Origin: Prasinococcaceae sp. CCMP 1430
Taxonomy: Eukaryota; Plantae; Prasinodermophyta
Length of the DNA: 28,973 bases
Direction: 5' to 3'
NCBI GenBank assembly: GCA_013416795.1
Contig: RQSC01000016.1
Coordinates: 101,610 to 130,582 of the forward strand
The notes under the pieces were generated by a model. The model was not told the origin of the DNA, searched no databases, and saw only the letters and a program-made list of their open reading frames with translations. A program made the translations under genes and the position numbers. The first letter of the stretch is position 1. Each line of letters starts with the position of its first letter. Of this stretch, positions 8,801 through 19,318 are shown one piece after another.

Positions 8801-10116
8801 CCGCCGCTCGCACCCTTACCGTGTGCGCCGCCATTGCCCTCGCCCGCGCCACCGTCAGCTACGCCAATCCCGCTGCCTCCACCACCCCCGCCACCATCTT
8901 CCATGAGGAGGAGTGGGCTGGAAACCGAGTCTGGTGTCGACAAAAACGCTTCGAGCCTGCCAGACGACACCCACGTCTGCGTGGCCTGGCCCAGCACGTC
9001 GCTGAGATACATGATGGGGAAGCGCACGACTGAGAAGACGCTGAGCACCGGCCAGGCCGTGTCGGCCAGCAGCTGGCGCTCCGAGTCCGCTAACAGGTAC
9101 GCGGCGAAAGCAACGAGCGTGGCCACTGGCGGTAGGACGATTGTGGCTGTGATTTGCTGCGCGAAAACGGCGGCTTCGGTGTTGACGAAGGGCATCTCTC
9201 TCGCGCGTGCCGCGCGCACCTTGTTCTCGAAGGCCTCATCGAGGCCATTTAGCTTGAGCACGCGCATACCGTGAACAGACTCTGTCGTCAGGCGCACGCG
9301 CGCGTCGGTGGCCGGTAGGTGCGCCCGCCTGGCGCTGATGAGCCGACGGGTGAGGATTGCGTTGAGCGGCACGGCGACCAGCAGCACGCCCACGCCCGCC
9401 AACGCCTCCCAGCCCATGAGGTGCACGAGCATCCCCGCGCCGGCGATGATCTGCGCGGGCGCCGCCCAGAGGAGGTGCACGAGGGGCATGAGGTCGAGCC
9501 ACTTCTGCGCGTCGCTCGACATGAGGTTGCTCACATCGTGCGGGACGCGAGCGGCGTCGACCTGTGAGAGCCTCAGCCACTTGCGAAACACGAGCGCGGT
9601 GGAGACGGCGCGCAGCCTGCCGCCCACAGCATGGTTCGCGGCGAGGGCATTCTCCTTGGCGACGCTGCCGGTGACGGCGGCGAGCGCAACGGCTGCAGCG
9701 TAGGCGGCGCCCGCATCGGTGCGGTCACGCACCGACTCGACCAGCCCTCGGATCAGCAGCGGCTGCGCGAGCTGTGAGGCCGCATAGTATGCGAATAGCA
9801 CGCCTGACCCGAGCAGGCGGCCTGCGGCGAGCTGCCACATGCGCCGCCGGTAGCCCTCCTCGCGAGGGGCAGTGGAGGGGGGCGGAGCGGAGGGTGCTGA
9901 CGCGGCGCCATTTGGAACATCGCGCCCTCCGCGGGCGCCACTGCCGCGGCTTAGCGCGTCGTAGCGACGCAGGAGCTCCTCGACGCCCTCGCCCTCGGCA
10001 AGGGCGTGGCAATCATCGCCGCGCAGCGGCCGCCGCCAGCCGTCAGCGACGACCGGCGCCGCGCTCGCGAACGCCCACTCGAGCGCGGCGGCCGCGCAGC
10101 CCGCCGGACGCTTCAT
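5839..10116 (-). CDS. ABC transporter subfamily C (MRP-like), TMD1-NBD1-TMD2-NBD2, apparently intronless, about 1425 aa
   Basis: NBD1 has GPVGSGKS, LSGGQKQR and LLLDDPLSALD. NBD2 has GRTGSGKS, FSHGQRQL and VVLDEATA. Two hydrophobic TM bundles. Preferred start is the ATG at 10116 (MKRPAG...); the 43 upstream codons look like UTR. Confidence 0.95.
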   Translation of the reverse strand: MKRPAGCAAAALEWAFASAAPVVADGWRRPLRGDDCHALAEGEGVEELLRRYDALSRGSGARGGRDVPNGAASAPSAPPPSTAPREEGYRRRMWQLAAGRLLGSGVLFAYYAASQLAQPLLIRGLVESVRDRTDAGAAYAAAVALAAVTGSVAKENALAANHAVGGRLRAVSTALVFRKWLRLSQVDAARVPHDVSNLMSSDAQKWLDLMPLVHLLWAAPAQIIAGAGMLVHLMGWEALAGVGVLLVAVPLNAILTRRLISARRAHLPATDARVRLTTESVHGMRVLKLNGLDEAFENKVRAARAREMPFVNTEAAVFAQQITATIVLPPVATLVAFAAYLLADSERQLLADTAWPVLSVFSVVRFPIMYLSDVLGQATQTWVSSGRLEAFLSTPDSVSSPLLLMEDGGGGGGGSGIGVADGGAGEGNGGAHGKGASGGDSCTGEGHDADGSARGMDESAANTGGGAADALVAAASDPVPVPVPRVVCRGTDFWWQQKDGFRVTGVDLKVAAGELLMVIGPVGSGKSTFINGLLGESERGASDGSSGPSIVTVSGSVALAAQTPWIQNGSLRENVLFGRPMRSGVYRAALSAACLWPDIAALPDADNTVIGERGVTLSGGQKQRVALARAAYARPDVLLLDDPLSALDAQTQRQVFERLIGPEGMCGNAATILSTHATSLLRFADRVLLLDQGRVAACGAPRELLEVHGGQDLARVPSVTAPLADLLATLSSDSEAIFTTSDGVALGRSLNKWMPPADDDLRLDEDRYADARQRSMAQRAKEAFGRDLFMAAANASDAKGDAGSRVSDDDETLGLGTALAWLRAAGGPSFCLLLFVFFLWERAAYIGGDVYLAVWTEDAATGRADAKSNLRWYCLIVLANVGGAYARTAWFIRGGVIAAKNLFDKLLHKVFRAPMALFETTPMGAVTNRLTFDVEVMDGVLLQKGLQAVASVFWWISGVGVMAATIPWILLALAPVMGLYYLLHSSYIRAGVQAQQLFASSRSPLQSHLGEIAVGAAHVRALRSVGRFNAEAFALIDYSTRTMLLWMILGRWLAVRVEMLGACVTFAVGIASWALRGSLSPSFAGLAITWAFNFSITLNFLVLSFSEMESKGVSMHRILQYTCLDEEPPRRGEDAKASRGDGWPLHGALTFEDVSLRYRPGLPLALRGLSVSIAAGEKVGVCGRTGSGKSTLAVALFRLTELASGRILVDGVDLRSVGLLGIRGRACAVIPQDPLLYSGTLRFNLDPLGEHEDHVLMDALDRVGMRRDVAARLLSASVGGGGALRVELGSGTRCDAGGILDTAVEGGGVNFSHGQRQLLCTARALLRGARIVVLDEATASCDAQTDALLQRVFRRAFERSTVLTVAHRMATIADCDKVMVLQEGTCVELGEPRKLLAKKNGAYRAMVDASGGQFGDGSAGAPASA

Positions 10117-10528
10117 TACTCGCCTCCCCGCGCGCGCGCTTGTCCACACTCGCCGCCGCCGCGACGGTGTGGCGCGCTCCCTCGCGACCACACACTTCCC
10201 CCCCGAATACCCGCCCGCCCGCCCGCCATCCACACGGGCGTGCACACTCGCACTCGTAGCGCGCTCGCACGCGTGGCGCCGCGCACTCGCCCGAGAGGTC
10301 CTCGGGGAACGACGCCAGAAGGAGGGAATTCGGGTTGAGATTAAGGTTTGAGTGTAGGGTTGCTCTCGGCGCTTTCACCGGCGGCCGACTGGGCGGCGCC
10401 TATGCATGGCGCGTGCACGTGCGGGCAGGGCGCAGGCAGCGCGCAGGCGGGCGATTAATGCAGCGTCGCTCTGTTGGCGCGGGTGAGCGCGAGTTACATC
10501 GTGCGTGCGCGCTCGTGCCCTCTCTGTC

Positions 10529-12118
10529 TCACGCGCGCTGCTGTCCCTGCTGGAAGTCCACGCCGTCGCTGGGAGTGTACATGTCGCCACGCAACACCAT
10601 GCTGTCACTGCTGCCGACGACGCCACCGGTGGCACCCCCCTGCTCCATGTCCCCGCCGGCGACCGCGTCGGGATCCGTGGTGTCATTATCGTCTAGGACC
10701 GCATAGCCAAGATGCGAGTAGAGATCGCCCACCCTCCTGAGATAGTCACTGGGCAGACCCTCCTCCGCCCTTCGCGCGAGCATGAACATGATGGCGCAGC
10801 ACACCACACCTGTGGCTAGAAACGTGCCCACAGCGGCACCGCCGCCAAGCAGGCCAAACCAGAGAGGGTATCCGTACAAGAATGCGCCTCGCACGATCAC
10901 AGGTGCTCTCATCGCCTCCCATGGGCGGCACGCCTCCGACCGCGACGCCTTCGCGGCGACAACAACGCCCTGGTAATACGACGTCAGCATATGGAGCGGG
11001 ATGCCTGCTGCGAACACGATGGCCGCAACCGTGAGGATCTCGGCGTAATCAACGCGCATTTCTTCCTCCTCCTGCACGCGCTCGCCTGACATGAACGACG
11101 TGAGCAGGACACCCTGGTTCGTGGCAAAGCCCAGGGCGAGCGCCATGCTACCCATGACGTGCGTTGATGTGTCCGACGCCAAGTCCGGGCGCGCGCGCCG
11201 CGCCACGCGCTGCATGTGGAACTTCAAGCCTTCCTCGAATCCTGCCAGCACAACGAACTGGCAGATGGCCATGGCGAGCAACCACGGCACCGGCTGCAGC
11301 CGGCGCACCTCCACGAACCCGCTGTCGTCGTAGTCGCCGTGCTCGTAGGCATCGCCCCCATGGCTGTCCCCGCCGCTGCCACTGCCCCTGCCCGGCGCAG
11401 GGGGTGGCGAGGGAGGCGCGGGGGGGAGGGCCCAGCCGGCCCCAGGTGGCGGCATGGTCTTCACACATTGTCCTTCCTCGTTGCACCATTCCGGTACGCC
11501 GAGCAGGCTCGCCAGCAGCACCACCACTAGCGCGCACACGACGAGCTCAGTGAAGACGATGCCGCACGCCCAACAAAAGCCAGCGCCCCACTGCGCTGCG
11601 ACCGACGAGGTGTCCAGCTTGTACTTCCGCCTCCAAATGATGAGCGCGAAGAGCGCTGTGGGGATGAAGAAGAGCGGGTAGCACAGCGCAAGCTCGCCCG
11701 AGTGCAGAAAGTACACAACCACCCACAAGACGAGGGCAAGCATGACGTTGATGAAGGTGACACGCGACATCTTGATCGCGCAGCGACCGCAGCCAATTTG
11801 CACATGCGACGTTGGGGGCCGCCGCATTTGCGGCGGCGGCGGCGCGGTGGGCATCGCCATCGTCGCGTTGGCGCCGAGGTACGGCGCGGGTGCGGCCATC
11901 TGCGCGGCCATCTGCGCCGCGGCCTCGGGTGCCACGGGAGGCAGGCCGACGGGGCGCGGCGGGGCCCCGCCCTCGTCCTCTTGCTGCGCGTCGTCATATG
12001 TCCCGTCCTCGTACGCCTCTTCGAAGCCCACGGGCACGGCGTACGGCTCGCCCCTCCCCTCTGCTTCGTGTGGTGAGGCGTCCGCCGCGGCGAGCGAGGA
12101 TTGTCCCGCTGGGAGCAT
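10529..12118 (-). CDS. Multi-pass membrane protein, PrsW-like (glutamic intramembrane protease fold), 529 aa
   Basis: About 8-9 hydrophobic segments. LAGFEEGLK (EExxK), LALGFATNQ and PLH match PrsW motif order. N-terminus is acidic and Pro-rich. Confidence 0.7.
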   Translation of the reverse strand: MLPAGQSSLAAADASPHEAEGRGEPYAVPVGFEEAYEDGTYDDAQQEDEGGAPPRPVGLPPVAPEAAAQMAAQMAAPAPYLGANATMAMPTAPPPPQMRRPPTSHVQIGCGRCAIKMSRVTFINVMLALVLWVVVYFLHSGELALCYPLFFIPTALFALIIWRRKYKLDTSSVAAQWGAGFCWACGIVFTELVVCALVVVLLASLLGVPEWCNEEGQCVKTMPPPGAGWALPPAPPSPPPAPGRGSGSGGDSHGGDAYEHGDYDDSGFVEVRRLQPVPWLLAMAICQFVVLAGFEEGLKFHMQRVARRARPDLASDTSTHVMGSMALALGFATNQGVLLTSFMSGERVQEEEEMRVDYAEILTVAAIVFAAGIPLHMLTSYYQGVVVAAKASRSEACRPWEAMRAPVIVRGAFLYGYPLWFGLLGGGAAVGTFLATGVVCCAIMFMLARRAEEGLPSDYLRRVGDLYSHLGYAVLDDNDTTDPDAVAGGDMEQGGATGGVVGSSDSMVLRGDMYTPSDGVDFQQGQQRA

Positions 12119-12359
12119 GCTCCCTCACCCGTGAGGGAGCGGCGCGCTGCGCGCGCGCTGTGGAGCGCGCGGATGCTATGCTGCGCCCGCAAGACGCGCA
12201 CACTGCATCGATTTTTTCGAACGCGTTTTTCTTCGCTCCTTTTCTGTCAATAAATGGGCCTTCTTTTCATTTAGATTGATATACCAATTACAAAAATAAA
12301 AATCGGGCGTTCCCCGCAAGCTCGCTCCCGCGCAGACTCGAGCGCACAGACGGCGGCGC

Positions 12360-12383
12360 GAGCGAGCGAGCGAGCGAGCGAGC
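12360..12383. repeat. Microsatellite (GAGC)6
   Basis: Read directly. Confidence 0.9.
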
Positions 12384-12480
12384 ACGTGCACTCACTTGAG
12401 CATGCAAGCTTGATTATGTGATGATGATCGAATGTGTGACTGTAGTAGAGCGACGGGCGCCCGCGGTAGTCGCGCGCGCT

Positions 12481-14395
12481 TCAGTGTTCCGTATGCAAGA
12501 CGGTCCCGAACATGAGCTGGCAGCTCGTGAGACGCGGCTCTTCGGTCGAGCGCACGTCGGAGTAGTCGAGCTCGAGGCGCACTACTCCACAGTTGTCCAC
12601 CTTTCCTTTGGTGAGCTTCTCGGCCGTGGCGTCGTCCCCCGGCCCGCGCTCGCGCACGAGCCGCCGCAGAAGTTGCCGAATGAAGAGCGAGTGACCCACG
12701 CTGATGACCACCTCCGATCCGCAGTGCCTCACGCTCTGCATAAAGTCCTGGTCGGGCACGCGCCGTCACATCGGTCAGAAATTGCAGGTGGCGCAGACAG
12801 AGGCTGTCAGCGCGCCTTACAAGTGTGTACAGCGGCGATGCGAGGCATCAGTCGCGCTGGCGTCTTTCAGCCGCCAGCATCTATTCGCGCACCTCGAGAC
12901 GCTCTTCCATCTCTTTGGAGGAGTCTCTGTCGTCGGTAGTAGTCCACCACTCCGACGAGGCGTCGTTCGGATCAATGATAGTGCCTGGACCGAATGCTGC
13001 CGCCGCCGTTTGTGCACCAGCCACTGCTGCCAGCTTTTTGGCGGCGCGACGCGCGATGTCACTGCCCTTGGCGACGCCGACGGTATCGAGGCCGCCGATG
13101 CCCTTGACCTCCCGCGCGGACGACAACAGAGTGATGCGTCCCTTGAGCGGGTCGACGTTGGGTGCATTGCTTGATTCGTTGGCCCCGGTCGCTACCGCCG
13201 CGTGCGCTGCCGCGTTCCCGCTTCCTTCTTCGGCGTCCTGGATATCCGCCGCAGCCCTTTCACCCCCGGCACAAGCTGCCCCCTCCGCCACCGAGGCCGC
13301 GCGCAGCGCTGCCAGCGTGCTCTCAACCCCCGCATTGGCGCCGAGCAGCTCAGCTGGGGCGCCGCCGCCGTCGCCCTCGCCGATGCCCGGTGGTACCGAC
13401 TGCAGCGCCTCTGTACTCCCCTCGACAGATGTGCGAACCGTCGGCGCCTCGAGGCCGCCCGGCGTCGCGCTGACGCTATGCACGGAGAGCGCCGGGTGAC
13501 CCGCAAGGGCCACGGCAGCTGTCTGCAGCGCGCGTGTGAGCGGCGAGCTAAAAATGGCTCCCGCCTCGACGAACTCGCGCACCTCCGACAGGCTCTTTCG
13601 CTCGGCATCCGTCGCTTCACTCAGCCAGCGATCACGCAGCGCCTCGGCCTGCTGCGTGCCGCGCATTGTGAGGGGATGGTCGTAGCTCATCATGGCGAGC
13701 ACGTTTTTCTCGCGCTTCGCCTCGTTCCACGCCGACTCGCCGTGACGCACAAGGTAGAGCACCGTGCGCAGCGGGCTGGGCGGTGGCGGCACGCGCTCTA
13801 CTAGCAGTGAGCACCCGGGCAGCAGCAGCACGCCTCGCCGCAGCTCGAGCACAGCGCGGCTGCCCACCGACGGCAGCTGCGAGCCACTCACCGACGCCTG
13901 CGCGAGCGCTCGCCCACCGTACCCATTGCGGCCACCCGAGCCGCGCACCACCACGAGCAGCACATCCTCAGATTGGATGTTCACGCCGAGGTCGCGCGTC
14001 GAGTTCCAAACCAGCGTCTCCGAGGCGGCCCTCTTTTTGGAGGATCCTGACGCAGAGAGCGGCCCGCACCGCCTCTCCGGCAGCAGCAGCGGTCGCGACT
14101 TGGGCTTCCCGCAAGCGTCCAGGAGGCGCATCTCTATGCACAACGCGCCGCCTGTGGCGCGGCTGCCTCCACCAGAGACGCCGTCGAGCAGGGGCGCGGC
14201 GACGACCAGCGCGGCGACGCGTACGAGCGCCAGGTTGGGCTTAGCGGAGGGGCTGAGCTCTGCCTCGCGGTCGAAGTGCAGCCCCTCACACGCCACCTCG
14301 CCGCCTTCATAACCCAGGTCATCGGCGGCGGCGGGGCTGCCCTTGTCGGCGAAGGCGTCCTTCACACCGCGCAGCCCACGCTTGAGCGCGTTCAT
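12481..14395 (-). CDS. Histidine phosphatase (phosphoglycerate mutase-like) superfamily protein with N-terminal C2-like region; exons 14395-12893 and 12747-12481
   Basis: LYLVRHGESAWN, IFSSPLTRALQTA and VISVGHS motifs. A GT...CAG intron at 12892-12748 with a CTGAC branch candidate joins EERLE to DFMQSVR in frame. ATG at 14395 (MNALKRG). Confidence 0.88.
12748..12892 (-). other. Spliceosomal intron, 145 bp
   Basis: GAG|GTGCGC donor and GACCAG|GAC acceptor. Removing it restores the reading frame and the second His motif. Confidence 0.85.
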
Positions 14396-15140
14396 GGCCG
14401 CGCCGCCGCGCCCTTCCCCGACCCGCCCGCGCCCGCGCTCGCGCCCGAGCCCGGGCGCTCGGGCCCGGGCGCCTGCCGGCGGTGTGGCGGCAGTTCCCCC
14501 GCGGCGACGCTGCCGCCACGCGCACACGCCGAGGCAAAAAAAAAAATGCGTGGACCCTTTTTCGTTTCCGCGGGGCGATTCGCCCTCAATGGGAATCCGC
14601 GCGCGATGCAATGGGTTGCAAAATATATCATTCGCGGGCGACGGGGTTTGGGTTTGGGCCTGCGAGTTTTGGCCCCCCGCAGCAGCGGCCGCTGCCCTAG
14701 ACGGTCAAACCGCGCGCGTTTTTTTTTTTCGTTTGATGGCAATTCGAATATATTTGAGTTTTTTTTTTTCAAAAAATGGGAACCCACTGCAGGTGTCTGG
14801 TACGCATACCCCCAAACCGTCCTTTGCGGCGCCGGCTGGGGCAGCGGAGGGAGGTGGGGAGGGGGGAGGCGACCAAGGTATGGCGGAGGTGTGTGTGTGT
14901 GTGTGTTGCGACGTGTGTGTGAGGTGGGGGGAGATGGGATGCCGAGAAGCATACATTCGCGCGCCGGGCGGGGTGGCAGAGGCCTCGCGCTCCGTGCCCT
15001 GCGCCCCGCGCCTGACGCACTGGGCGCCTCTCGCGAGCGCTCTCGAGCACCGCGCAGGGCCCCGCCTGCAGCGCGGCAGCGCGGGGCGCCTGCGCGCCCG
15101 CGCACCTGCACAGCTGCTCTACCTGTCGCGCCGTTGGGCC

Positions 15141-18100
15141 ATGCAGGACGCGGCGGCGGAGGGAAGCGATCTGGAGCATGCGCTCGACGATGCATCCACA
15201 GAAGAGGGAAGCGAGCCGGAGGCTGAAGGAGCCGGCGACTGGTTGTACGCCGAATCTAGCGCCGAAGTGGACGCTGGCGCGCGTGACGGCAGCCAGGCGG
15301 AGGGCACGCGTGCGGAGGCGGCGGACGCGCTGGTGCGGGCTTTGGCACAGGCTGCGCCACGCTCACCCTCACTGGAGCCGACAGGAGATAGCAGCGTCGC
15401 AGAGGTCGGCCTGACCGAGTGGCGTGCTGAAGATGGGACAGACAGCGGCCAAGCATCTGCCACAGAGGCCGAGCTCGTAGCCGAGGGCGGGTCAGACGCC
15501 AGCGCACGGGGGCCGGGCGCTCCTGACGCGGGCGACGCCGCTGGCGCTGCGCAACAGAGCAGTGGGGGGGCCGTTGACGGTTTTGACGAGTCGAGCTCGG
15601 GCTCCGAAGAGTCCGAGCGTGCTGAAGAAGCGACAGACAGCGGCCAAGCATCTGCCACAGAGGCCGAGCTCGTAGCCGAGGGCGGGTCAGACGCCAGCGC
15701 ACGGGGGCCGGGCGCTCCTGACGCGGGCGACGCCGCTGGCGCTGCGCAACAGAGCAGTGGGGGGGCCGTTGACGGTTTTGACGAGTCGAGCTCGGGCTCC
15801 GAAGAGTCCGAGGATCTCGATGAGAGCGCATTCGACGACTTCGTGCAGGATGATGACGACTCTGGAGAGGACGAGGATGAGGACGGCGAAGCAGACGACA
15901 TCGACGCAAAGATTGCCCACGCATACGCCGAACATATGAAGGCGCTGAGCGCCCGCCGCGCGGAGCTGCCGCCCAGGCCCGGCAGCGCAGTCCGCCCCCA
16001 AAGCCCAACGACTGCCACCCGGCGCATTCGCGTGGCGGAGCAGCGCGCGCAGCCACGCTCAGCCGACCTGACGGCCTTCCCCGCCGCGGCCGCGGAGGCT
16101 GAAGCGCGCACCGAGTTCGTGTCGACTAATGTGCACTTCAAGCAAATCCGAGAGGAGGAGGAGTTTGCCCCCCCAGACTCGCCCCCAAAGGCGATCGTCA
16201 AGCCAGTTGGTGACAACGACTCGCCGCATGCAAGCATTCCGCGAAAGAGACCCGCATCGGCGGCCGCAGGTGCCGCCAGGAGAAAGCTGGTGCGCGCTAC
16301 TCCCACCGAGCAGCAGCAGGATGACGCGCAGTCGCCGCGACAGACACAGACACAGCCACCGACGCCACAGTCCCAGCCGCAGCTGAGCTCTGACGAGGAC
16401 CTTTTCGCTCCCGGTGACGACGCCGAGGGGGAATTGTTCTCGGCATTGGAGCTCGAGAATGAGGACTGCTGGTATGAAGTTCATCCGCACACGGCAGAAG
16501 GCCCAAGCGAAGACCGTGCAGACGAGAGCGAGGAAATCCACCAGCGCCGCTTAGCGGAGCTCAGGGAGATGGAGCGGCGCGTGCGAGAGCAGATACAGCA
16601 CCAGCGCCGCTTGGCGGAGCTCAGGGAAGCGGAGCGGCGGGTGCGAGAGCAGATACAGCTTCTGAGACAGCTGCAAGGCGACAGTCAATTGACAGAAGAG
16701 GGCGAGAATATCGTCACGGCGCACGCGACGGGTGGCGTCCACGACGACCTCTGCGATGACCATGCTGCGTACACATCCGTGTCTCCCTGGCCCAGTGAAG
16801 ACGGCGACGAGGGGCGTTCGGAAGCGGCGGTTGCGGCCGAGGAGGCCGCTGCTCGAGCTGCGGCGGCCGCCGAGGAGGAGGCAGCGGCTCGAGCTGCGGC
16901 GGCCGCCGAGGAGGAGGCTGCGGCTCGAGCTGCGGCGGCCGCCGAGGAGGAGGCAGCGGCAGCGGAGGTCCGCCGCCTGGAGGCTGCCGAGCGCCGCCGC
17001 GCGGCTCGCGAGGCTGTCGCGGCAGAGCGCGCACTAGCCGCCGCCGAGGCACGCGCCGCGGCCGCCGAGGAGCGCGCGCGCGACGAGGCTAAGGCCCGCA
17101 CCCGCGCGGAGCGCGCCGAGGCGCGCTTATACGCTGCGCGCGCACAACGCGGCGGCTTCATCGGCTGGACAAAGGCTGCCAGCGGGCAAACACTCAGCGA
17201 GGTCCAGCGCACGGCGTTGCGCATTGCCGAGACGCAAGCGACGGCTTCCGGGACAGGCGCGTCGTCCCGCACCGCGCAGCCGCCCGCGTCGAAGTTTGGT
17301 CCGGGGGGCAGCTCTGGCACGGCCGCGAGCGTCGGCAGTGCCCCTCGGAGGCGCAGACGTCTTCGTCGTACCAGCGCCGCAAGCACCGCCAGCACGTCAT
17401 CGAGGCCAGCCTCGATGCATTCCCGCAGCCTTGATCGAAGTGACACCTCTGCTGCCCGCAAGGCGCTCGAGGCAGCGCGTCGCGCACCACGGCAGCCCGC
17501 GTGGATGCCGTCTTCGAGCAAGCCCGTCATCGTGCCCGTGGAAGAGATGAGCGCCAGCAGCCGTGGCGCGCCCCCCTCGTCTGGCGCCCGACGCGTGCGT
17601 AGGGCGAATCGGAGGGCCGCGCATGGCAAGGGCGCCCCCGTAGCGGGGACAGGCGTGACTGAGGACGGGGACACTTCCGCGGGCCCTCCTGGCCCTGCGT
17701 CGGCTTTCGGCCGCGCCGCCCTTGCGCCGCGTCGCCCGAAGAGTGCCCCCCCGCGCAGGCCCCGTGCCCGCGACGCTCGCGTCAGGCCACCTTCTGCGGC
17801 GCGTGTGCACATGCGCGGCCAGGTGACGGTGGAGACTGTGCAGCAGCGCCCTGCTACACCGGTCGGGGCGGCGACAGCGATGCCAGCGCCTGCGTGGCGG
17901 CAGCGCCCTGCCACCGCGGCTGGGACGGCCACCGCGACGCCAGCGTCCGCACCGCACGCGTCTGTGGACCCTCCCCTGGACCCATCGGACTTGCTGGCGC
18001 AAGTGATGGAAGTGAACGCCGCGTGCCGCGTGCTCGGTCTGGGCGAGCGCTATCGCGTAGCGCCCGGTGGCAGGCGCAACGAGCTCGTCGTGGAGGTGCA

Positions 18101-18436
18101 CAAGCGCCTACCACGCATGCTCGGCGACGAGGAGGGCCCTGGACCCGCCACCGTGCGGCGAGCACGCGGGGCGGGCGGCTCAGGCGCGTGGTCGCCGCCG
18201 CCGCCGCTTCGCCGGATTAGCGTGGACGTATTCGCGTCCACGCACCACCGCCTGACGACGCATGCGCGGCGCGCCGCGATGAAGAGCCGCGCGACCGGAG
18301 CGTCGGTGCGCAGCAGCGATCCGTCCTCGCGGCGGTCGGCGCGCACTTCCGGCGGCGGGGACGACGGCGGTGGGGGCAGCGCCGACGGGGATGCGCCCGC
18401 CCACTTTCCGCCGCGGCCGTCGCGCGCGCGCTTGGC
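15141..18436 (+). CDS. Large low-complexity, largely disordered protein (acidic N-terminus, Ala/Glu/Arg helical repeats, multiple RP[GAKP]SA / RPAT motifs); 3' end lost in the N gap
   Basis: Open frame of about 1100 codons from ATG 15141 (MQDAAAEGSDLE) with typical host codon usage. No family recognised. Confidence 0.7.
15422..15812. repeat. In-frame tandem duplication, 2 x 195 bp (65 aa), near-identical
   Basis: GACAGACAGCGGCC at 15437 and 15632. The copies differ only around GAAGATGG vs GAAGAAGC. Confidence 0.93.
16539..16659. repeat. In-frame tandem repeat, 2 x 60 bp (HQRRLAELRE[M/A]ERRVREQIQ)
   Basis: CCAGCGCCGC at 16541 and 16601. Confidence 0.9.
16851..16958. repeat. In-frame tandem repeat, 3 x 36 bp (ARAAAAAEEEAA)
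   Basis: GCTCGAGCTG at 16851, 16887 and 16923. Confidence 0.9.
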
Positions 18437-19236
18437 NNNNNNNNNNNNNNNNNNNNNNNNNNNNNNNNNNNNNNNNNNNNNNNNNNNNNNNNNNNNNNNN
18501 NNNNNNNNNNNNNNNNNNNNNNNNNNNNNNNNNNNNNNNNNNNNNNNNNNNNNNNNNNNNNNNNNNNNNNNNNNNNNNNNNNNNNNNNNNNNNNNNNNNN
18601 NNNNNNNNNNNNNNNNNNNNNNNNNNNNNNNNNNNNNNNNNNNNNNNNNNNNNNNNNNNNNNNNNNNNNNNNNNNNNNNNNNNNNNNNNNNNNNNNNNNN
18701 NNNNNNNNNNNNNNNNNNNNNNNNNNNNNNNNNNNNNNNNNNNNNNNNNNNNNNNNNNNNNNNNNNNNNNNNNNNNNNNNNNNNNNNNNNNNNNNNNNNN
18801 NNNNNNNNNNNNNNNNNNNNNNNNNNNNNNNNNNNNNNNNNNNNNNNNNNNNNNNNNNNNNNNNNNNNNNNNNNNNNNNNNNNNNNNNNNNNNNNNNNNN
18901 NNNNNNNNNNNNNNNNNNNNNNNNNNNNNNNNNNNNNNNNNNNNNNNNNNNNNNNNNNNNNNNNNNNNNNNNNNNNNNNNNNNNNNNNNNNNNNNNNNNN
19001 NNNNNNNNNNNNNNNNNNNNNNNNNNNNNNNNNNNNNNNNNNNNNNNNNNNNNNNNNNNNNNNNNNNNNNNNNNNNNNNNNNNNNNNNNNNNNNNNNNNN
19101 NNNNNNNNNNNNNNNNNNNNNNNNNNNNNNNNNNNNNNNNNNNNNNNNNNNNNNNNNNNNNNNNNNNNNNNNNNNNNNNNNNNNNNNNNNNNNNNNNNNN
19201 NNNNNNNNNNNNNNNNNNNNNNNNNNNNNNNNNNNN
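18437..19236. other. Assembly gap (800 N)
   Basis: Run of N. Confidence 1.
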
Positions 19237-19318
19237 GGCGCGCCGCGCGCGCGCGCGCACGGGGCGAGCGCGTGCTGACAGCTCGCCCGCCCGCGTCGCC
19301 GCCGCCGATGCCCTGCAG

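Noticed and set aside
10351-10360. AGTGTAGGGT identical to the arm terminus at 3263-3272
   Set aside because: Only 10 bp with no flanking similarity; expected by chance in 29 kb.
12418-12480. GTGATGA as a box C of a C/D snoRNA
   Set aside because: No CTGA box D or terminal stem at a suitable distance; part of a short (TGA)n run.
15422-16958. Direct repeats as a CRISPR array or mobile element
   Set aside because: Repeats are contiguous, in-frame, multiples of three and lack unique spacers; eukaryotic coding context.
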